A stretch of DNA of 64,000 nt from Candidatus Yanofskybacteria bacterium. GTDB lineage: Bacteria > Patescibacteriota > Minisyncoccia > 2-02-FULL-40-12 > GWA2-44-9. A program made the translations under genes and the position numbers. Under the pieces are notes generated by a model. That model was given only the letters and a program-made list of their open reading frames with translations. It had not been told where the DNA came from and did no database searches. The stretch is taken from NCBI GenBank assembly GCA_020847715.1, contig JADLBM010000016.1, forward strand, positions 6,919 to 70,918, read 5' to 3'. Below are positions 59,006 to 64,000 of the stretch, piece by piece; the stretch's first letter is position 1; each line of letters opens with the position of its first letter.

Positions 59006-60781
59006 TTACGCCTTCTTCGGACCACCCTCCTCCTGCTCGCTCGCCTGCGCGACCTCCAAGAGCTCTTGGAGTGAGCAGGTGCCGTCAAGCACCTTCAGGA
59101 TGCCGTCCTCGAACATACTCACCATCCCCTGTCGGTCGGCCTCCTCGCGCAGCGCAGACTCGGACAAATTACCCAAGATGATACCCTCAAGCTCGTCGGT
59201 CATGTGGAGCATCTCGAATATCGCGATGCGCCCTTTGAACGCTTTCCCGCCACACTCCTTGCACGGCGACTTCGTGTTGGGTCGATAGAGTTCGAACTGC
59301 GATTTCCGGTAGGGCGCGGCGAGATCAGCGGGCATCGTGTCGAGCGCGTCGGTGATAATCTTCGCCTCCGCCTCGTTGGCAACATCCTTCACCTTGCAAG
59401 TCGGACACAGCCGACGAAGGAGTCGCTGCGCGACCGCAAGGTTTAGCACCGGCGGCAAGAGGTACTTCTCGACCCCCATATCCACGAGACGCGGAATAAC
59501 GCCAAGCGCGTCGTTCGTGTGGAGCGTGGAGAGCACGATGTGTCCGGTCAGCGCAGCCTGCACCGCTAGTCCGGCCGTTTCACGGTCGCGAATCTCTCCG
59601 ACCATAATGACATCGGGGTCCTGACGAAGAATGGACCGCAACCCGTTCGCGAAGGTGTAGCCAATCTCCTCGTGCGTTTGCGACTGGTTGACCCCGTCGA
59701 TGTAGTACTCAATCGGGTCTTCGAGGGTCACGATATTAATCTCCTCGGTATTCATCTGCTTCAGAAGCGCCGCAATGGTCGTTGATTTTCCGGAACCTGT
59801 CGGACCGGTGATGAGAATGATGCCGTACGGCTTGTCGATGGCTTCCTGAAGGAGCGTCGCGCTCCGTCCGGTGACACCCAACCCGGGGAGATCGATGCGA
59901 CTGGAGAGCGGGTCAAGGATACGCATCACCACCTTCTCCCCTGCTTTCGTCGGGAATGTGCTCACGCGAAAATCGATCTTCGTCTTCCCTTGGTAGATGC
60001 TGAAACGACCGTCCTGTGGAACACGCGTCTCGTCGATTTTCAGGTTCGAGAGGATTTTGATACGCGTCACCACGGAAGCGTGCAGATTCTTCGGAAGAGT
60101 CAGCACCGCCTGAAGCACGCCATCAATACGGAACCGGATGCGCGTGTCGGTATCGAACGGCTCCACATGAATATCCGATGCACGACTGTCGATGGCATGT
60201 ACGAGCACCGCCGAGACAACCTTCGTCACCGGACTCTCCGCGGTAATCTGGTCCAGCGACAGCTCGGGCTCCCCACCGCTCACCGCCTGCCCTGCTTCTT
60301 CCGCAATCGACTGAAGCGCCTTGCCGACCTCGCCGCTCAACGACTTGAACCGCTTCAACGCCGCGGCGAAATCTCGGTAGGTGAGCACATACTTCTCCAG
60401 CTTCAGCCCTTTATCTGCGGCGATGAACTTGAGCGCCTCGAGCGCGTTGATGTCTTCGGGGTCGACAAGGCCAACCTTCAGGACGCCATCCGCCATTCCG
60501 AACGGAATGACTCGATAGAATCCCGCAACATCTTCACTAATCTCACCCATTGCCGCGGGGTCCGGTTCGGTCTGCGAAAGGTCAACCTGCGGCAAGCGAT
60601 ACAAGTCGCTCTTGAACTTCGCGAGATCGACATCGTTGAGGATGCCCGCCTCGATGAGCGCGGCGCCTACATCTTTATTCTCGCGCAGCGCAGTGGCGAC
60701 CACGGTATCAGCATCCGCCTTCGTGAGGCGGCCAGTGCGGACAAGCTCGTTGATGAGTGTCTGTGGAACTTTATCGGGCAT
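59006..60781 (-). CDS. pilB: Type IV pilus assembly ATPase PilB/GspE
   Basis: ASDIHVEP, PQDGRF, TGPTGSGKSTT, EDPIEY, LRQDPDVIMVGEIRD, LSTLHTN; start ATG 60781. Confidence 0.95.
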   Translation of the reverse strand: MPDKVPQTLINELVRTGRLTKADADTVVATALRENKDVGAALIEAGILNDVDLAKFKSDLYRLPQVDLSQTEPDPAAMGEISEDVAGFYRVIPFGMADGVLKVGLVDPEDINALEALKFIAADKGLKLEKYVLTYRDFAAALKRFKSLSGEVGKALQSIAEEAGQAVSGGEPELSLDQITAESPVTKVVSAVLVHAIDSRASDIHVEPFDTDTRIRFRIDGVLQAVLTLPKNLHASVVTRIKILSNLKIDETRVPQDGRFSIYQGKTKIDFRVSTFPTKAGEKVVMRILDPLSSRIDLPGLGVTGRSATLLQEAIDKPYGIILITGPTGSGKSTTIAALLKQMNTEEINIVTLEDPIEYYIDGVNQSQTHEEIGYTFANGLRSILRQDPDVIMVGEIRDRETAGLAVQAALTGHIVLSTLHTNDALGVIPRLVDMGVEKYLLPPVLNLAVAQRLLRRLCPTCKVKDVANEAEAKIITDALDTMPADLAAPYRKSQFELYRPNTKSPCKECGGKAFKGRIAIFEMLHMTDELEGIILGNLSESALREEADRQGMVSMFEDGILKVLDGTCSLQELLEVAQASEQEEGGPKKA

Positions 60782-60791
60782 GGCAGAGCGA

Positions 60792-61058
60792 TTACCGGAA
60801 CGGGTCCGCCTTCCCATTCCCGACCGGCTGTACCGGCAACGAACCGAAGACGCGCAGCTCTTTGAACTGCTCCGACGACAAGAGCGATGAGTCGATGCGG
60901 GCGCTCTCAAGGCCGCGCAGAGATGCCATCTGATGCCGTGGGTCGATGGGCGGAACACTTGCGGTAGGATCGACGCGGCTGTTGTAGAGAAATCCCAACA
61001 CGAATCCCAGCAACATGATGAGGTAGAGGAGCGATGATTGTTGCTTTGTGGTTCCCAT
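60792..61058 (-). CDS. Small membrane protein (PilP-position, ends G..DPF)
   Basis: TM helix; in the operon between pilO and pilB. Confidence 0.65.
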   Translation of the reverse strand: MGTTKQQSSLLYLIMLLGFVLGFLYNSRVDPTASVPPIDPRHQMASLRGLESARIDSSLLSSEQFKELRVFGSLPVQPVGNGKADPFR

Positions 61059-61063
61059 AGCGC

Positions 61064-61597
61064 TTACTTGATGAAATATGCATCAGCTCGGATGCCAAAC
61101 CTCAGCATCCCGGGCGAACGGATGTCGGCGCTTACCTCGATACTGTCGACACTGAGCACGCGAACATACTGCTCAAGACCGGAAAGGAACGAGCGAAGCG
61201 CGCTGTAGGAGCCGGACATTTCAATGGTCAGTGTGAGGGTCTGATACTGGTCGGTCGCCTTCCCACGCGTGTCAGCGGTCCGAACCTCACCAATCTGCGC
61301 ACCGGCATCGGCGGCAATAGCTTGAATGGCTGAGATGAGCTCCGCGGTATCTTTCTTCGCCGGAACCATCGAAAAGAACGCGCGGCCTCCCTCCCCTGCG
61401 AGAACTGCCTGATATGCTGCATACTGTTCGTTCGCCTTCGCAAGGAGTGCGCTCCGATCTTTCACCAGCTGGTCTCGTTCATTCCGAGCCGCACGAAGCG
61501 CCTGCATCTCCTGCCATGAACCGACAACGGTCGGCCAGAAGAAGAACGCCGCGATGGCGATTGAGAACGCTCCGAAAATTGCCTTGCCGCTCGTCAT
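61064..61597 (-). CDS. pilO: Type IV pilus protein PilO
   Basis: TM helix, coiled coil, GSYSALRSFLSGLEQYVR. Confidence 0.8.
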   Translation of the reverse strand: MTSGKAIFGAFSIAIAAFFFWPTVVGSWQEMQALRAARNERDQLVKDRSALLAKANEQYAAYQAVLAGEGGRAFFSMVPAKKDTAELISAIQAIAADAGAQIGEVRTADTRGKATDQYQTLTLTIEMSGSYSALRSFLSGLEQYVRVLSVDSIEVSADIRSPGMLRFGIRADAYFIK

Positions 61598-62169
61598 GGT
61601 GTTGGGGTTGGTTGTTTTCCAATCAGTGCCCTCGCATCAATGGAAAGCTCACCATCAAACTCTACGACGCCCTGCGGATTCGTTTTGACGGTACGGAGCG
61701 ACACATCTTTCACGCCGGTCGCGGCGACGAATGCCGCGAGCTGCCGCGCAACTGCCGCATATCCATCGGCAGTCGCACGAAATGTGATGGTCCCCTTCGT
61801 TGCGGATGCTCCGAGCTGCGTGAGCGTCACGGATGCCTGTGTCATCTGCTCCATACGCTCGAGCGCCTGTGACCAGTACCACTTCCCTGCGAGCAGTTGC
61901 CGCATGATGCGAGACTGCTTGGATGCGGCGATGAGCTCCTGCTCGTGCGCCTTGTCGCGCTGCTGCTCGCTCGCGTCAAGCTGAGCATCGAGACGGCCGA
62001 TCTGCTGACGAAGACTCGCCTTGTACCCTCCAAGCGTCGCGCTGATGATAAGCATCGAAACAGCAAGTCCGACTGCGGTATAGAAATATGAATTGCCGCT
62101 CGTATACGACGCCAGCGTCGGGCGGCGTTCGGTTTCCGGCAATAGTTGTACCCCTCCTTTGTATGGCAC
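61594..62169 (-). CDS. pilN: Type IV pilus protein PilN-like
   Basis: VQLLP motif, TM helix, coiled coil, WS..LE; located after pilM. Confidence 0.7.
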   Translation of the reverse strand: MPYKGGVQLLPETERRPTLASYTSGNSYFYTAVGLAVSMLIISATLGGYKASLRQQIGRLDAQLDASEQQRDKAHEQELIAASKQSRIMRQLLAGKWYWSQALERMEQMTQASVTLTQLGASATKGTITFRATADGYAAVARQLAAFVAATGVKDVSLRTVKTNPQGVVEFDGELSIDARALIGKQPTPTP

Positions 62170-62206
62170 TACATCAAAATAACGGATAACTCCTCACTCA
62201 AGTATA

Positions 62207-63301
62207 TCATGTCTCTCGCATAGCGCAGCCGACCGCGATGGCGAGCGTGTTGCTCAGCGTCTGCACCAGCGGGGCAAGCTCCTCCGGATGCACGAGCCGC
62301 GCGAACACATTCCCGATGAGCACATCGCGAGGAATGCGCTGCTTCACGTACTGCGCCAGACCTGGCATGTTCGCCAGTCCTCCGATGAGCACAACGCGAC
62401 TGATGCGAGACTTCCGCGCCTGCTCGAACGCCTCGATCGTTTTGTTCGTCTCAAACACCATCATATCAATGAGCGGCATCATCGCGGCTCGCGCTTTGTT
62501 CTCGGGGCTATCAATAACCCCGTACTTCCGCTTCAAGCCCTCGGCTTGCTCGAGGCTCACGGAAAGCGCGCTCGCAATCGCTTTCGTAATCTCGTATCCC
62601 CCAATCTCGTAGTTGTGGCTCAATCGCTCGTACCCCTTGCTGACAATAAGAATGGAGGTGCTGCGCCCGCCAACGTTCAGAATGGCAGTCGGAGAGAGGT
62701 CGTTGCCTAAGAGCGCTCGGACGAGACTCGAGTTCTCCAATTCGAGCGCAACAAGGTTCACGCCCGCGGCACGCATGATGCGCTGGTAGCGCGCGGTTTC
62801 ATCTTTTGGTACCGCCGCGAGAAACACCTCCACGGTAACGCTCGTCCCAGGCGCCACCGGACCGGAAGGCAACTCCCCTGTTCCCCCTGTGCCGTCAACA
62901 ACCCCAATGATGGACCAGTCCAGCACGACCTGATCCAACGGAATGGGAACATACTTGCGCGCTTCGAACGGAATAGTCTTCGCGAGATCCTCTTCGCTCA
63001 CGTACGGCATTTCGATGACCGTCGCAAATGTAGAAAACGCTGACACGGAAGCAACGGCCTCGCGGCTTTTCATGCCGGCGGTCGCGATGGTCTCTTTGAT
63101 GGCCTGCGCGATTTCGTCGTCGGACAGATCCATGACGGTCTTTGCGGTATCCGCATGCCCGTCTGCGCTATGCAACTCGTACATCGCGTAGTTCTCCAGC
63201 TTCCAGCGACCGTTCTCTTGGGAGAGCTCGACAACCTTAATGCTCGATGTGCCGATATCGATGCCCAGCTTGCTTTTCGCCTTGAAGAGATTGAATGCCA
63301 T
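62207..63301 (-). CDS. pilM: Type IV pilus protein PilM
   Basis: LGIDIGTSSIKVVEL, EARKYVP, GG.EIT, LIGGLANMPG, AVGCAMR. Confidence 0.92.
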   Translation of the reverse strand: MAFNLFKAKSKLGIDIGTSSIKVVELSQENGRWKLENYAMYELHSADGHADTAKTVMDLSDDEIAQAIKETIATAGMKSREAVASVSAFSTFATVIEMPYVSEEDLAKTIPFEARKYVPIPLDQVVLDWSIIGVVDGTGGTGELPSGPVAPGTSVTVEVFLAAVPKDETARYQRIMRAAGVNLVALELENSSLVRALLGNDLSPTAILNVGGRSTSILIVSKGYERLSHNYEIGGYEITKAIASALSVSLEQAEGLKRKYGVIDSPENKARAAMMPLIDMMVFETNKTIEAFEQARKSRISRVVLIGGLANMPGLAQYVKQRIPRDVLIGNVFARLVHPEELAPLVQTLSNTLAIAVGCAMRET

Positions 63302-63359
63302 CGTCGTATCTAGTATACCCCACCCAAGGCGTCCTGCGGGCCGCACTTGTGTGGATTAT

Positions 63360-64000
63360 ATGAATGGCCTCTTCCGATGGCTTCGGGATACGCTCTGGCC
63401 TGCACGCTGTGTGGGGTGTTCGCTCGTCAGCACAGATCTCTGCGCCGCCTGCCGCCACACCCTCCCCGACGCTCCGGCCATCCGTATACTCCCCGACGGG
63501 ACTCGCGTCATATCAGGCGGGCCCATCGCTCACCCGCTTCTTGCACAGGCCATTTGGCGCATGAAGTATCGAAGCATCCGGTCGCTCGCGGCTCCCCTCG
63601 CCTGTTGGCTTGCGGACACTATTCTCCGCACCCCTGAAGCGGCGCGCGCCATTCGCACAACGATACTTCTCGTTCCGGTGCCCCTCCACCACGCGCGGAT
63701 GCGCGAACGCGGATACAACCAAGCGCACCTCCTCGCACATGCGCTTGCCGGTATCGCCGCCATGCCCTGCGCCGCAGAGGCACTCATTCGTGTGCGCCAC
63801 ACCGCCAGCCAAGTGGAGACCGCTGACCGAAACGGACGCATCGAGAACATGCGCGAGGCATTTGACTGCCCAGACCCATCAGTCGTGAGAGGTCTTGCCA
63901 TCCTCCTCATTGACGATGTCTGCACCACCGGCGCCACACTGCAGGATTGCGCCCGCACCCTCCGCGCAGCCGGTGCTCGCTCGGTCACCGCCCTCACGCT
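63360..64000 (+). CDS. comF: ComF family competence protein (3' end runs off the window)
   Basis: Manual translation: MNGLFRWLRDTLWPARCVGC...LCAAC...MKY...VPVPLH..RMRERGYNQ...LLIDDVCTTGATL. Confidence 0.92.
   Translation, partial: MNGLFRWLRDTLWPARCVGCSLVSTDLCAACRHTLPDAPAIRILPDGTRVISGGPIAHPLLAQAIWRMKYRSIRSLAAPLACWLADTILRTPEAARAIRTTILLVPVPLHHARMRERGYNQAHLLAHALAGIAAMPCAAEALIRVRHTASQVETADRNGRIENMREAFDCPDPSVVRGLAILLIDDVCTTGATLQDCARTLRAAGARSVTALT

Overview
A ~60% GC bacterial chromosome segment whose gene content and truncated protein architectures point to Patescibacteria/CPR (Parcubacteria-like). That assignment is an inference; no rRNA gene is present. The backbone is housekeeping: dprA-topA, rel, parAB, folD, tsaC, rpsP, rnc-nusB-rpmF, dnaE, thrS, miaA, gatB, secE-nusG-rplK, gyrB, pheST, glyQS, recO, ileS, gatCA and ligA. 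The window ends in a type IV pilus/competence cluster (pilM-N-O, pilB, pilC, pilin, pilD, minor pilins) and a divergent comF. Single orphan genes are scattered between the core genes. They usually carry a strong Shine-Dalgarno and often their own promoter and terminator, whereas many core genes look leaderless. Most notable: (1) a non-canonical tRNA-Cys-like gene with intact stems, an 8-nt anticodon loop, and no D-loop GG or T-loop TTC; (2) a covarying two-hairpin element present twice, upstream of secE and next to that tRNA/gatC; (3) a 168-bp structured element bracketed by a 47-bp duplication of the tRNA-Asp 3' end; (4) a candidate ~110-nt ncRNA and a 22-bp direct repeat flanking an orphan gene; (5) a GIHH-type IleRS2 with an inserted histidine-phosphatase domain; (6) a lower-GC two-gene island beside tRNA-Leu encoding a motif-permuted DHH-like protein. 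No CRISPR array, integrase or transposase was seen. All calls come from reading the sequence by eye, without database searches.
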